Below, in pieces: positions 37,078 through 52,600 of a DNA stretch of 64,000 bases (position 1 is the first letter of the stretch; every line of letters starts with the position of its first letter). The stretch comes from Geosiphon pyriformis uo1. Lineage: Eukaryota > Fungi > Glomeromycota. Location of the stretch: assembly GCA_016748015.1 (NCBI GenBank), contig JAAOMT010000657.1:248001-312000 (forward strand). The letters run 5' to 3'. The notes below the pieces were generated by a model, which did not search any database, was not told the origin of the DNA, and saw nothing but the letters and a program-made list of their open reading frames with translations. Both the position numbers and the translations under genes were made by a program.

Positions 37078-40000
37078 TATTATAAGTAATTATTTAAGAT
37101 GTTGAAACAAATAACAAATCTGTAACTTGGTGTTTAATAGCTGTTAATGTTGGTAATTTCTAAAGATTTTAAAGTTTAAAGATTTTAGTTGAGTCTTTTG
37201 TATAATAAACAGAGATTTAATTGATGGTTTTATTCTGTGAATTTTTTTTTTAGCATAATGGCCAGTTTATTCTAACATTTATGTTCTTTTGGTAAACTAT
37301 TTTTAAATTTCTACTCTTGTTCTCAAGTTTTTTACCAAACTATTTTTAATATTAATTATTTAATACTTAATTTCTTAATCAATTAATAAACAATAAAGAA
37401 AACAAAATAAAAGAAAATAAAAAGAAAATAAGAAAAGAAATAAAAATTAATATTTTATTAATAGCTGTGATTAAGAGTTATTGGTTCAATATTGCTAAGT
37501 ATTAGATTTTATTAATATAGAGTATTAATAGTATAGAATAGATTAATATTTCTTTAATCAAATAATAATAACATAGATTTGAGTAATAATAAATGTTTTA
37601 TTAATATAAGTATAATTTCACTTTAAGTTATAGAAAAATATTTTTTAAAAAGAGAGATATTATTGTTTTGAACTAAATTGTCTGTTTTTTTTGTTTTTAA
37701 TATTTTTATTATATATATATAATTTAAAATTTTTTGAAATTTTGAAATTTTTTTAAAAAAAATTCTGGAATTCTGGAATCTTGGAATTCTTTTTTTTTTA
37801 CTACATCTATTTCTGATTGGCTATTTTATCTACTTATTATAATTTCTAATTTCTATAAATAATATTATTTTTTTCTTTTAATATTGAGCTCTGTCAAGAT
37901 TTTTTAAATTTCTTAACTTTTTGGAAAGATCTGAAAGCACAATATATTGTTTAAAGTTTTTATCAAAGTTTGAATTATTGTTATTGTTATTGCCATTGTG
38001 AATAGAATTGGAATCATTGTTGTCATTATTATTGAAGTCTAAATTGGAATTAAATTTCAATTCTAATTTTAAAGTACAACTGTTAATTGGTTTTTTTTCT
38101 TCAAAAATTGAATAAATTATGCATAGTGGTAAATTGTAAATAAAATTACAATTGTCACAATATTTGAAATTACTAAAAATTAAGCAATGTTTACAAAGTC
38201 TAGTGTTTAACTATTCTAAATACTGCTTTTGTTTTTCTCTAGTGAATGCTAAATTTTGGTAATGTTTGTGTAATTATTTTAGATTGCTTAAAATAATAAC
38301 AAAAATGTTTGGATTTAGAATAAGAATAGTGTTAATGAGTTTTAATAAGTTGTTTTTGATTGTAAGTATTTTACTAAATAAAGCATCTTTGACTTTGGCA
38401 CTTGTTATTTGCCAGATTTTGTTTTTATTGTGTGAATAACCATCTAAATACAAGAGTATTCAGTTCTATGCAATATTGAAAAACATTTTTCAGCTTATTC
38501 AATTGCTTATAAAAATTATGTATTAACATAATATATTATATAATCTTTTTCAATTAAGAATGTTATTCTATATTTCTTTGTTAAGTAATGTTTCTCTATA
38601 AGCAAAACATGGTTTGTTATTTTACTTTTCCTGTTTTTTGGATAACCAAAACATTTTCTATGGCATGTTTTGTAGTAGTAGCAAGTACATATTTTATAGT
38701 TTTTTGTTAATAAGATATAAGCTCCTATAGAGAAAAGTTTTTTTTTATAATTGATACATTTAAAAAGAATATAAGGTGGTTTTTTTCTTGGTTTCACTAA
38801 GTATGGAACATACCAACTATTATTTGTTTCTTCTGTAAAAGTGGTAGTTTAAAATTTATCCTCTTTTTTTTCTTTTTTCTTGTTATCTCAAAATAAAATT
38901 GGTGATAGCTTATTATAATTGTTATTAGTTTATGAAACTTAATAGACTTTTCAGATAAGTTTGTTTATTTTTTTTTCAAATTCTATTAGTGGTTGTAATT
39001 AGATTGTTTTAAAATAATTATAAGTAGCTAGTATTATTCATAGAATATAAAAATTATATATTAATACATAAAATTAGCCAATTAGAAAAAAACATAGTAA
39101 AAGTAGAATTCCAGAATTCCTTTTGAAAGAATTATAGGATTCCAAAATTAGAAGATTCTTATGTAAAGAATTCCAGGATTCCAGAATTTTAAAATTCTTC
39201 TTAAGAAATTACAAGATTATAAGAATTCCAGAATTTCTGGCTAGAAAATTGAAGAATTAAAAGAATCTCATACAATAAAATTTATGTATATATAGCAGTA
39301 GTATTAGAAGCAAAAAAAACAGAATTCAGAGTTTAGAACTTCTAATTTCAATTTTATACTCATCCTTTTATATGATAGTATTCTATAAATTGAAATAAAA
39401 ACATCAAATATCAATAAAATACTTATTACTATTACAATCTATTATTTCACTATTAATCAACTTATGTTAATAATTGCTAATACTTAACTATACTAGACCA
39501 ATAGCTCTTAATTACAGTTATTAATGAAATACTAACTCTTTCTTGCCTTGGCTTATTTTCTTTATTTTATTTATTTATTTTATTTTTTTGTTGTTTGTTG
39601 TTTACTAATTGATTTGAAAAATTAAGCACTGATTAATTAATGTTAAGAATAGTCTAATAAAAAACCCCAAAAGAAGGATATAAAGTTTAAAAAATTTACA
39701 GATAAGCTTACTAGAAGAACACAACTGCCAAATTAAACCAGTTACTATACTAAAAACAGAAATTAGATGAAATTGTGATTCTGAAAGGCTATTATACAAC
39801 ACTTGAATTTTTGTTTATTATATAAAGAACTTATACCAAAATCTTCAAATCACACCAAAATTTTTAGATCATATCAAAACTTTCAGATCACACCAAAACC
39901 TTCAGATTACACCAAAACCTTCAGATATTACCAATTATATTAGCTATTGAGCACCAAGTTATAGGTTTATTATTGGTATCAATACTCTAAATAATTATTT

Positions 40001-40555
40001 ATAACATTTGGTGCTTCTTGTGAGGTATAATCTTACAGAGAACCAGTACCAATAACAATTACTCAAAAGTGGCAGAATTAGAAATAAGAGGAACAAATCA
40101 TTTAGGATTTGCCAAATTCTTATTTCAACACTACTGTAAACATCTGGAATTAACCAACAACCAATTATTAATGGAATTTGCTTTTAACTTTTATGTTAAC
40201 AAAAGAATTAAATATTTTTTAGGAGAACCAGTAAATACAAAATCAGCAAAAAAAAATTTCTACAGCAAATTAATTCAATATACTAGCTTATTATTAGACC
40301 ACAACTTTGCACTGATCATTACTAAAATCGACAGAGAAATTAAAAATCACACCCAACAAATATTTTCTATTATTTATGCAAAAAAAAGCAAAGAAAAACT
40401 ACAAATACTAGCAGAAACTCCAAAGCAAATACAATTATCTATTTGAAAAAAACAAAGAGTCAATTTACTAGCTAATTCATAATATCATCACACTCTTAGA
40501 AGTATTATCAATATAACATTAACAGGCACATTCACAGCAAATACAATAATACTAT

Positions 40556-43500
40556 TGTTACCAAAGATTTTTGGTCTCTTTTCCTAAATGTTGTTGATGC
40601 TTGTTTGCTGTGAATTCACGTTTTCTGGATGTGGTTGAACCTTCAGTAACTGAATTTATCTTCAAATTATCTCCTATAATTTGAACTGCTGGGCTTATAA
40701 GTAAAATAGCCAATTCCATGCCAGTTACTTGTGTAGTTACATTGTAGTAAACGTCAACTCTTTCCCAGGAATTGCTTGTCTGGAAGCTCACTAAAATGTG
40801 TAGTTACTTTGCTGTAAAAGTCAACTTTTCTACAGGAATTTTGTCTGTAGGTTACCCTAATGATTATGATAAGAAAATAAAAGAAAAATAAAAGAAATGT
40901 AAAAGAAAATTGAATTCTGTCAAGGAAATTGTTTTCGATCCAGGCCTGGAATCACTAACAGTTTATTGAAATTGGTAGCTAATCAATTTCAAAACGTTAG
41001 TTGGGTTTTGAGAATTTTCCAAGTGCAATAATTTAAAGAATTTGGCTTTTCAAATTATTTGATGTTTATTTTGTTTTTGTATGTAAAGAATGATTTTAAT
41101 TGTTAAATCTGAAGTAAGATACATTTTTTTAAAGAGAGAAGCTCTTCTTTTATACAACTTGTCATAACACTATTTTATGAACTTGAACTTTGCTCTTTTC
41201 TATAATTTTGTTGAACTAAAAATACATTTTGGCGAACTACAAGTTATTTCTACAAACTATTAGATATTTCGGTAAACAATCAATTATTTCGGCAAATTTC
41301 TACAAATTTCAGTGAACTTTTGAATGTTACATATTTCGGAGTATTGCATGATTGATCATCGCAATTAGGTTATATTTGTGTTATGTACAAATTGGGTTAT
41401 TAATTAAATGATAATTTTGGATATTTTGCTAATGTAATAAGTGATAATTTGAAACAATAATATATGCTAATTAATAATAAGAATTATAAAGATAATTTTA
41501 TGCTAGATAATATCTTTAATTTTGTCTGGTAATATAACCTCCTCCTCAAGACTAAGCTCCGTCGAAGTCCAAGTACTGTCTGTAATTTCTAGATAATAAT
41601 CCAAAATTATTGAAAAAATTTGGTCTGAAAATTGTTGAAATTTCAGTTCTGTGAGCTTTCCAATATATTGAATCTTCAAAAGCTGTAAAATTGGGTTTTG
41701 TAAGACATTTTCACAGGTATAAAATAGGTCATAAAGTCTAAGAGCAGCTCTTAGTTTATAATGACTGTTTGTAGGTCCAGTTGTTGTCTTGAATTCATTG
41801 TGGAGTTGTTTCCGAATAGCTTCTTTTGTGAGATTTGCTGCTGTAAGCTCCCATTTTCGTTTGTGAAGTGTTTTTCCAATGTAAAAATATCTATATATTG
41901 AAGTATAGTCATAGTATTTTTTATTTAATGGACATTTTCTTTGGTAGCTCCATTAATTAATGCTATTGCTAAATCGAAAATTATCTTAGCATCATGGGGG
42001 TAGTGATAAAGTTTGTTGAAAGCACTGTTGTATGCCACATTAAAGGGTGTTCCTCTTTTTACTTTTTCTGAAATTGATAAAGCATATTGGCAGGTCTGAT
42101 CGCAGACTCCTTCGCTCATTGCTACATCAATTCAATTGCATTCTTCTAGTAGTATATTTCCACAAGTCAAACAAAGGGTGTTGTCTCATTTTCTGCTTCT
42201 TTTTATTAGATGGCCCCATTGTTCTCTGTGGCAAGCTTTGCAGTAATAACAAGTATGATTTTCATATTCTTCTTCAGGTGAAATGTAGGCTTCCATTGAT
42301 GAAAGTTTCTTGTGGCAATCTTTGTATTTGAGTGGAATGTAAGGGCGTTGTTTTCGTGGTTCTGGTTTTAAATAGGGGACATTCCATCTGGTTGTCACTA
42401 ATTCTTTTGTTTTAAGAGAATCATTTGTTGAAAAGTATTGTTGTTCAGTTTCATTAGCCCAATTGGAGGTTGATCCAAGTGCCATAAATGTTTCAATAAT
42501 GGGCTTTTCTTCTTCCGGTTTGAATTTAAAAGCTGGGGCTTTTTTGGAGTGTTTATTAAATGTACCACAAATGGCAGGTATCCAGACGTGTTGTCCTTGG
42601 TAGAAGATTGTTAACTCTTGTGTCTTCCAATTCAGATTAGCATTGGCTTTTTGAAGCCAATCATTTCTGACAAGAGCTTGATATTAGGAAGCATCCATGA
42701 CCAGAACTTTGACTGGAATAGTGATTCCATTAATTGTGAATGGGAAGTTGTCAATTTCTCCTACTGGAGTTTTTTTCATGCCATCAGCAGTGACAATGAT
42801 TGTCTGAGCTGGTCAGTCAATGTTTCTCTTTAGCTGCTGCATCAATTGATATGTAATGATGCTTTCGGTGGATCCACTGTCTAGGATTAAGCAAATTGGC
42901 TTTTCTTTTACTTCAGCTTCTATGTACATTGCAGTGATGACTTTTTGCTCATTAGCCACTGCATTGCTAAGCAAGAATGGTGATTTATTTGCTTCAAATT
43001 TGAAAGGGAATATATCTGAAAGATTGGCATTTTCAGCAATTCTGGCTGGTGAGATTGTGGTAGAAGTATAAGAAGAGTTTTGTTGTTGTGCTGCAGCTCT
43101 ACCTTCTGGGAATGCAGTATGGCAAAAATCCTGTTCTTCTGGTATCATAAGATAACTAGGTAGAATATGATAGTAGTTGGGTCTTGGTTGAGCTGAATTT
43201 CGGAGAACCAATTGGTTATTTGAATTGATTCTATTGTTGTTTACTTGGTATCAGTTTTGTGATATGAACTAATTTTGTGGAATCAATTTTCGAGCAGGCA
43301 CTTGATAATGTTGTGTGGGTGGTTGTTGGTATTGCTGTTGGATTGGCTGTGGAGTGGGCTGATAATAGTTACTTTGGTATTGGAGTCTTGATAAATAGTA
43401 AGCTAGTGGTGGTGGTTGATAATAAGATTGCTGTGGTGGAGTGTAACGTTAATTATTCCTATTTTGTTGGTCTCGTTGTAGCTTTCTGCAATCTCTTTTC

Positions 43501-45941
43501 CAGTGGCCAGGGATTCTACAGTAATGGTAATTCTGAGGCTGGTTATTAGAAAGTGGTGCAAAGTTATTTTGATTTCATTTTTGGGGTGGTTGATATCTTT
43601 AGAATTGCTGTTGTTGTTGGTTGGTGAAATAGTTTTCAACCTTCTTTGTGAGTTGGTCAATTTTTTCCTCAGCTGTTGAGCTGGTTTCTCCAATTGCCAA
43701 ATTCACAAGTTTTGTGCAATTGGCATCTTCCATGGCCATTTTGTATTTTTTTGCATGTTGTATGGCAGAGTTTAAATCTTTTGGGGCATGTGAGCAAACC
43801 TTTTTAATCAGTTTATCCTTTAGACCAGCAATAAATTGATCTAAGATTTAAGCATTTGAGTAATAATCATTGGTTTCAAGTTGATGAATTCTTCTGAGAA
43901 GTTTGTTAAACTTTCTAAAATAAGTCATAACAGATTTAGAAAATTTTTGTTTGATATTGCGAAACTGATTTTGAAGAGTGATGGAGGTATTATTGTAAGT
44001 GAACTGTTCAAGGAAGGCTGTTTTGAAAGCATTCCAATCATTGAATGGAGTGGCCAAGTTTTCAAACCATTCTTCTGCTGTTCCTTTGAGAAAATAGGAA
44101 ATAGTTCTTAACATTCTGACAGCATTCCAACCATTTGCATCTCCTACTTTAGTGACTTGATCAAGCCATTCTTGAGGACTGGTTTCAATGTCCTCTCCTG
44201 AAAAGTCAGGGATTTTTGCAATATAAGTGGAGGCCATTTCTTCTTTGTTTTCCGAGTCTTCTGTTTCTTGTTCTGATTCAGTCTTTTCACTTTGATTTTC
44301 TGCTAAGTAGTTAATAAGGTTTGTGCTGGTTAATATTGGTTCCTGTTGTTGAATAGGGCTTTTGGGTGACTGAAAATCATCTATTTTTAAAAACCAAATA
44401 AGTGATAAGCTTGGTGTTTGTGGTTAAGCAAGTGAAGCTGGAAATGGTGTGATTGAGAGTGGTAATTTAAAGCTGGTTCTTGGTTCTGGAGTTTGTAAAT
44501 GTTTGGCAGTGGTTTTAGGTGTATTGGAAGTAGTTCTGAGTTTTTGTTTCCTTTTTCCTTTTTATTCTTCTGTTTCTGATTCAAAACTAAGAGAAAATTT
44601 CTGTTCTACTGGGTAATTCTCTTCACAATACTAAATGATATTGAAGTTGAGTTCTTGGAAATATGTTTCAAGTGTTTGACTGTTAAAATCCTGAGTGTTT
44701 AGATGAGAGTGATGTACTAAGTTTTCATATAAGTTGTGTCTAACTTCTGAAATATTGTAGTCTCTAAGAAGATAATTGTTGATGCGATTTTCAATGTACT
44801 AGTAAAGTGTTTTCTTGAATGTTTCAATTTCGTCTGGGATGTCAAATCTCTGCTTGCAGTGGGTGTAGATTGACTGATAATACTCTAGAGTTTTTGAATC
44901 TGTTTGAGTCGTCACTTTTGAAGTTGTTGTTACTGTGTTATTTCCGTGGAAGAGCACCAAATATTACTGGAGGTTTTTGGTCTCTTTTCCTAAATGTTGT
45001 TAATGCCTGTTTGCTGTGAATTCATGTTTTCTGGATGTGGTTGAATCTCCAGTAACTGAATTTATTTTCAAATTATCTCCTATAATTTGAACTGCTGGGC
45101 TTATAAGTAGAATGGCCAATTCTGTGCCAGTTACTTGTGTAGTTACATTGTAGTAAATGTCAACTCTTTTTCAGGAATTGCTCATCTGGAAGCTCACTAA
45201 AAATGTGTAGTTACTTTGCTGTGAAAGTCAACTCTTCTACAGGAATTTTGTCTGTAGGTTACCCTAATGATTATGATAAGAAAATAAAAGAAAAATAAAA
45301 GAAATGTAAAAAAAAATTGAATTCTGTCAAGGAAATTGTTTTTGATCCAGGCCTGGAATCACTAACAGTTTATTGAAATTGGTAGCTAATCAATTTCAAA
45401 ACGTTAGTTGGGTTTTGATAATTTTCCAAGTGCAATAATTTAAAAAATTTGGCTTTTCGAATTATTTGATGTTTATTTTGTTTTTGTATGTAAAGGATGA
45501 TTCTAATTGTTAAATCTGAAGTAAGATACATTTTCTTAAAAAGGGAAGCTCTTCTTTTATACAACTTGTCGTAACACTATTCTATGAACTTGAACTTTGC
45601 TCTTTTCTACAATTTTGCTGAACTAAAGATATATTTCAGCAAACTACAAGTTATTTCTGCAAACTATTAGATATTTTGGTGAATTATCAATTATTTCGGC
45701 AAATTTCTACAAATTTCAGTGAACTTTTGAATGTTATATATTTCGGGGTATTGCATGATTGATCATCACAATTAGGTTACATTTGTGTTATGTATAAATT
45801 GGGTTATTAATTAAATGATAATTTCGGATATTTTGCTAATATAATAAGTAATAATTTGAAATGATAATATATGCTAATTAATAATAGGAATTATAAAGAT
45901 AATTTTATGCTAGATAATATCTCTAATTTTGTCTGATAACA
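40556..45941 (-). mobile_element. Element D: divergent family, internally deleted (gag, PR, ZnF, ORF3 C-half); LTRs 40556-41534 and 44962-45941; TSD CTAT
   Basis: ~980-bp LTR pair; PBS tttggtgctcttccacgg; PPT gaggaggagg; LILDSGS; MASTYIAKIPDFSGED capsid. Confidence 0.95.
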
Positions 45942-48900
45942 CTATTAAACAAAATTTTATTCCAAAGTAAACAAAAAAAAGCAGAGTTATTAGAAACCTA
46001 TGACAAATATTTTAAAAGATTTAAATCATGATTACCAATGCCATTAAGATTTTGATCACTGCCATCCCAACCAGATTTTGGAACCACTAGTCCTTAGAAG
46101 ATAATGGAATTAAAAGAAAAGGAAGACAAAAATCAAGAATTTAATTATTAAAATCCAATTCCAAAAAACCCAAAAATACAAATCCCAATTATTTCAACTC
46201 AGCAAAATCAGAACAATCTAAATACTACTCCTATTGTTCTCCAAAACTTATCTTCAGTAATCATGATTAATTCACTACCAATCACACCAATCACTGAACA
46301 GCAATAACAATAGCCACAACCACCACCTCAGCAACTACTTTAACAGTAATCACAACAACAACAACTGCTATTAGCACTAATGGTCTATGCTCCAATTACA
46401 AGACTCAAAAAATTCACCAGCAAAGAAGATAATGTCCAAGTTTGACTCAACAACATGAAAAAAGCCATTGCAACCAATAAATAAAATAATGCCAGAACAT
46501 TATAGATGATCTCATATTTTCTTTAAGATACTACCAATTCATAATATTAAAGCCTGATTCAGAAACTCCAAAACTTCAACACATTTAAAGATGAATTTTT
46601 AAGATATTTTAGTAACAATAATAGCATTAATTGCTTAGCCAATATATTTACAACTATCAAACAAAGAGATATTGAAGCAGTTATTATATACTTAGAATGC
46701 TTCTATAGAAATCTGCACCAAATACAAACAATTGATGTAAATTACTTTACAGTGTTACAGATTTTAAATCAATTTATCTATGAACTATGCAGTAGTATTC
46801 TCTAGCACATATGTTTAATACACCTACAAACTTTCTAAGATGCAGTTATCCATGCCCAAGATTTTGAATTGACCAAATTGGAAGCTATTTATGTCCAAGT
46901 TATTAATCTAGTAATGAACAAATCATCTAAATTAGACTTCAAGTTAAAACAATTTAGTGATTCCATTAATTAAAAATTAGAGAGATATTTAGCTAACAAT
47001 AAGGCAGTTTATTAATCATTACAATGCCACAATAATCCAGAGAACCCAAATAGTCTCCAAAATTAATCACATCTATTATTATTAATCAATCAACCATAGT
47101 GACAAGAGACACATAATTGCCACTATTATGGTAAACAAAAATATTTGCAATTCAAATATCACAAACAGTTAAGCAATCAAAAATCAAAAAATTAATATCA
47201 AAACTTCAATTGCTAATTTCAAACCCAAAAATATGTTAATAATCAATTACTTAAACAATTTCAACATCAATTGCATTATGCTTAAGTGACATAGCCAATT
47301 TATTAATCTTTAATCTATCAAACCTCAGCCCTAGTTATTTATTAACCATAGCCATAAGTAATTTATTAACTTTAATCTATCCCAATACTGTCACAAAACC
47401 CAGCTCAAATGTCATCAGAAAACCAAAGACTAAAAACTACTTAAATCTGTCAGAACTGGCAATTGGCAATGATAATATACCAACCAATTTTCAGTTTAGT
47501 AGTCCAGTAAACTGGATTTTGACAGTAAAATTCAGGAACTAACTATGCCCAAAACCCAAATGCCCAACACCATTTAAGTCTTTTAGTAGTCTCAGAAACA
47601 GCCACACCCAACCTATTAGAAACCAATCAAAAACAAATCATATCTATTAGCAACTTTTACTAGCTGTTATTACAGAAAACAAATTGCTTACTGTAATATT
47701 CTTCTTTGAAATTGAAGAACCAGTCTCTACACTTTTATTTAGTGGGGTTACTCTGGAATTAAAACTTATTATGGCATGTATACTAATGTCACAATTAATA
47801 GTCAGTTCATTAAACTAATCTTAAATAGTGGATTAGCTGGCAGCATTATTATATAACAATTTATGGACCAATTAAATTACCGAATTGATTGTACTGCCAG
47901 CACCAGAATTATTACTGCTAATAAGATGACAAAAATGCCTATTGACAAGATTGATGACTTTTTGTTTAAAGTCAATAACATTATTGCATTCATAAAAGTT
48001 CTTGTCATGAAAGCTACACAGTACTAAGCTCTAGTTGGTAATAACTAGCTGTCTAAAACCAATGTCATACTTAACTAAACCACTCAAGAATTGCAACTTA
48101 GCCAAAATAGTTAGCATATTTAAGTACCAGCTACCTGTAATCATTTCAAACCCAACACCATACTAGTATTACTTATTAAATTTGAGAAAAAAAAAGGAAA
48201 AACCTATCTGAGAAGCTTACCAAGTCTTTTGGGTTAATAATAACCACAATAATTTACCACCAGTATCTACATAAGAAAAAAAAAGAAAAGAGAAGAAGAA
48301 AAACTCTAAACAATTACCTTTATATATACTTCATATACTACTATCACTTAATGCCAACCAAGCTATTATTGACCCAAACTAATTTGTGTCAATTGTGACA
48401 AAAAATTGTCAACAATAGATACATGTTATAATAACAATAAGAAATGGCCAACAGTGATAAAATATTACTGTTACCTATGTATTTTTAAATGTTTTGAATG
48501 ACCAAAAAGACAAGAAAAATGAGACAATAAACCATGTCTTGCTTGTGAGGAAACTCTCTTAAATGAAAAAATATGGAACAACATTCCTGATTATAAAAGA
48601 ATATGTGATAAATTATGTCAATACATGATTCTAATCAATTGGGTAAGAAAAAAAATGCCAATAGATGCTGTCTGGTAAAGAGCTATAAAACATTTAGATG
48701 GCTGTTTACACAATAATAACAAAATCTGGAGGATGGTAATTGCCAAAATCGAAGACACAACACCAAAAGAAATAAAAACAATCAAAAACAACTTACCAGA
48801 ACCTGAAAAAATCATTTGGATCCCAAACTCTAATATTATTCTTGATGTTATGGACTCAGAACAATTTCATAAATACTACCAGGAATTAACACTCACTAAA

Positions 48901-49259
48901 AAAAAGCAAGAACAATGTTTAGAACTGTTTAATACTCACCTATGTGACCACTGTTTAATTTTGTGTGATTTTTAATATTGTAATAATTGTGATCTTATTT
49001 ACAATCCATTATCATGCATGATCTACATAATTCCAGAAGAAAAAAAACCAATTAGCAGCTGCAAAATGGAATCAGAATTGCTATTCAATCGTGATTCAAA
49101 CTTCAACAATGATGACAATAACAATGATTTTAGCTCTACTCAAAATGGCAATAACAACAGTAACAATTCAAATTCCGATTTAAACTTAAAACAATATATT
49201 GCACTTTTTGATCTTTTCAAGAAGCAAAAACTCAAATAGTTTAGTGATAATAATGAAGA

Positions 49260-49655
49260 TATTATGTCAGAATGTGCACATAATACTGATACAGAGTTTA
49301 ATTTGAGATATCCCAAAAAGAATGTTATTAAATTGGAATCATATTCATGTATCTGTATAGATCTAAAATTAGTACTGAAAATTCCAGCAACAACAATGGT
49401 TCAATTAGCATCTAGATTAAATCTAGTGAAAAAGAGAATCAACATCAGAAGAGAAATAATTAATGCAGAATATATAGAAAATATTATTGCAATACTACAA
49501 AATAATTCAGAAAAACCATATATTATTGAACTAAATAAAAAGATAGCACAGACAATATTTTTATCTCTGGTAAAAATAGCTCAATTAGTATTAATGAGAA
49601 CAAAGAAGGAATTAGAAATCACAGCTAAAAGAAAAAATAAATTTGGATCCATGAG
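49260..49655 (+). pseudogene. dut: dUTPase domain of E
   Basis: Homologous to 4490-4890. Confidence 0.85.
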
Positions 49656-52600
49656 TAGAATAAATATACCAGTTAATATGGCAGAGAAAGAAGTTATTGA
49701 CAAAAAAGAAATTATTTCCACCAGTCAATTAATTTTTATTCTACCATATGACCAGTACTTAGTAGTTATAGAAAGAAAAGTTAGAGATCAATTCCAAATT
49801 TTTGAAACAGAAGCCACTATTTGTGAATCAGAAAAGATTACTATTACCAATCTCTATATACTAGCTAAAAACCATAAACACATCAAAATTCTCATTCACA
49901 ATACAACTGAAGGCCCCATCAAAATACTAAAAAAAACCACTATTAAATACTTAAGTACTGAAGTTAAAGACTAACTGTTAAGTACCATTCTAGATTTTTC
50001 ACAACTGTACAGATATGTGGATATTATATCATAAACAATATACAGACAAAAAAAATGTTATTTGTTCTAACCAAAATAATTAAAACAAATAAACTTGAGA
50101 AATCTAGATCCACTTTAATATATGCAACTTAAAATGTTGTTCAACAATTTTACTGATATCTTTGTTAGTGAAAATAAATTTGGCAGAACAAATATCATTT
50201 AACATCAAATCAAAACTGGAGATACAATGCCAATTAAACAAAGAGCATACAGAGTACTACTAGCAAGTTATGAGATTATCTGACAAAAAATCAACAAAAT
50301 ATTGAACAATAGGTTAATTCAACCATCAATAAGTCTATAGTTATCATCAATAGCACTGGTTCAGAAAAAAATAAAAAAATTCACTTTTGTATAAATTACA
50401 GAAAACTTAACAGTATAATTCATAAAGACAGCTATTTAACTTCACAAATTTAAGAGTTGTTTAATGCTTTTGAAGAAAAAAAATGGTTCTCTACTTTGGA
50501 TTTGGATAGTGGTTATTGACAAGTAATCATAAAACCAGAAAATAAAGAGAAAACAGCATTTACCACATAAGAAAAAAATTTTGAATTTGATATTATGCCA
50601 TTTAGCTTAATAAATACACCAGCTACTTTTCAATGACTAATGGAAATTGTCTATACTGGATTACTATAGAAGTCAGTAGTAGTTTATTTGAATAACACCA
50701 ATGTATTTTCCAAAACATTTGACAACTATTTCTATTATTTTCAACAAGTGTTTGAAAGATTAAGAAGAGCCAGATTAAAATTGAATGCAACCAAATGCTT
50801 CTTTGGTAAAACAGAACTGAAGTTTTTGGAACATGTTATAAGCAAAAATGACATTAAGACAGATCCAGACAAGATTGAAGTCATCAAAAACTTTTTAGTA
50901 CTAACAAATTTTACTAAATTAAAAACATTCTTGGAATTTGTTAAATACTATTGCTGCTTTATCCAAAACTTTTCCAAATTAGTTCAACCACTTTACCAGC
51001 TCCAAATTAAGAATGTAAAATATGAATGAACTAAAGCTCAGCAAAAAGCCTTTGACATTTTAAGAAAAAAACTTATTCAAGCTCCAATATTAATCTATTC
51101 AGATTACAACAAACCATTCATTATCACTATTGATGTCTCAAACCAAACATTGAGAGCTGTACTATTACAAAAAGAACCAGATAAAAAAACACTTAGTAGC
51201 ATATGCCAGCTGAAGCTTAAGTTTAACTAAAAAGAACTATGGAACTTCAGTACTAGAACACTTGGCTATCTATTGGGCTGTTATCAAATAGAAAGAATAC
51301 TTAAGTCAAAAGTTTAACATATATACTGATCACAAAAGACTAACATCAATTCAGAACCAAGAATTTGGAAATAATTACTATGCAAGATAGAAAATAGAAC
51401 TTTTATCATTTAATTATACAGTACATTATAAAAAAGGAAAAAAAAATGAAAATATTGATGATTTGTTACAAATAAAACAAATCTAAGAATATTTTAACCC
51501 AAAAATATAACAAAAAATGAACACACAAAAATATTTACAACTCTAATATTATATTAATACTCAACAATTCAAAAAAAAATTATTTCAAAAAAATGAAACA
51601 ACATAAAACAACAATCAAAATATTTTATTATTTACTAAAATATACTATATTGGAAAAACAAAAAGAATTCAGATCAATCATTCAGAGTTATTTTAAAACC
51701 AGAAAAAGAAACAATACTATATAACATATATACAAACCTAATGACAAGACATTTTTATAAAGAAGCAACTATGGAAAAAACTAGAAAAAGATATTATTGG
51801 TCATTAATATATTCAAACATCATCTAATACATTCAAAATTGTGATGCTTGTCAAAGAAAAAGAGGAACAAGACCCAGTAAATTACTAAGATCAATTAAAG
51901 TAAGACAGCTATTTGATCAAATTGGAATTAACTTAATTGAACTATTAATAATAACCAGCAGAAGCAATTATTATATAGCAGTAGTAATAGACTATTTTAC
52001 AAAATAGCCAGAAGCAAAAGCAATTCAAAAAGCAGATCCAAAATTTATAGCCAAATTTATTTATTAAGATTTGATTTGTCAACACAAATGTCTAAAAAAA
52101 TTGTTATTAGATCAAAAAACTCACTTTGTAAACAAAACATTAACAGAATTAAGCCAAAAATTTGGAATCAAAAGACTATTATTATTATTATATTATCTAC
52201 AAACAAACAGTTTAGTTAAAAAGTTTAATAGAACATTGTGTGAAGCAATTGCCAAAATTAGTCAAGAAAACCAGAACAAATGAGATCTGTTTATACTATC
52301 AGTACTATTTGCTTATTAGACAATAAAGCAAGATATCACACAAGCAACACTATTTGAACTTGTTTATAATAGAACAACAATATTACTAGTAAAGATAAAA
52401 GTCAATATATATTTAACTAAACCAATAACAGAAGACAATTTTTGAGAAATATTGTTAAGAATAACATATAACTTAATAGAAACTTTAGAAAACAAAAGAT
52501 AAAAAGCAGCTGATAACATTCAAAAGTTACAAAAGAAACAAAAAAAATGACATAATAATCAGCTAACAAATAAACCAGTTGAATTTAAGATTAGAGACAA

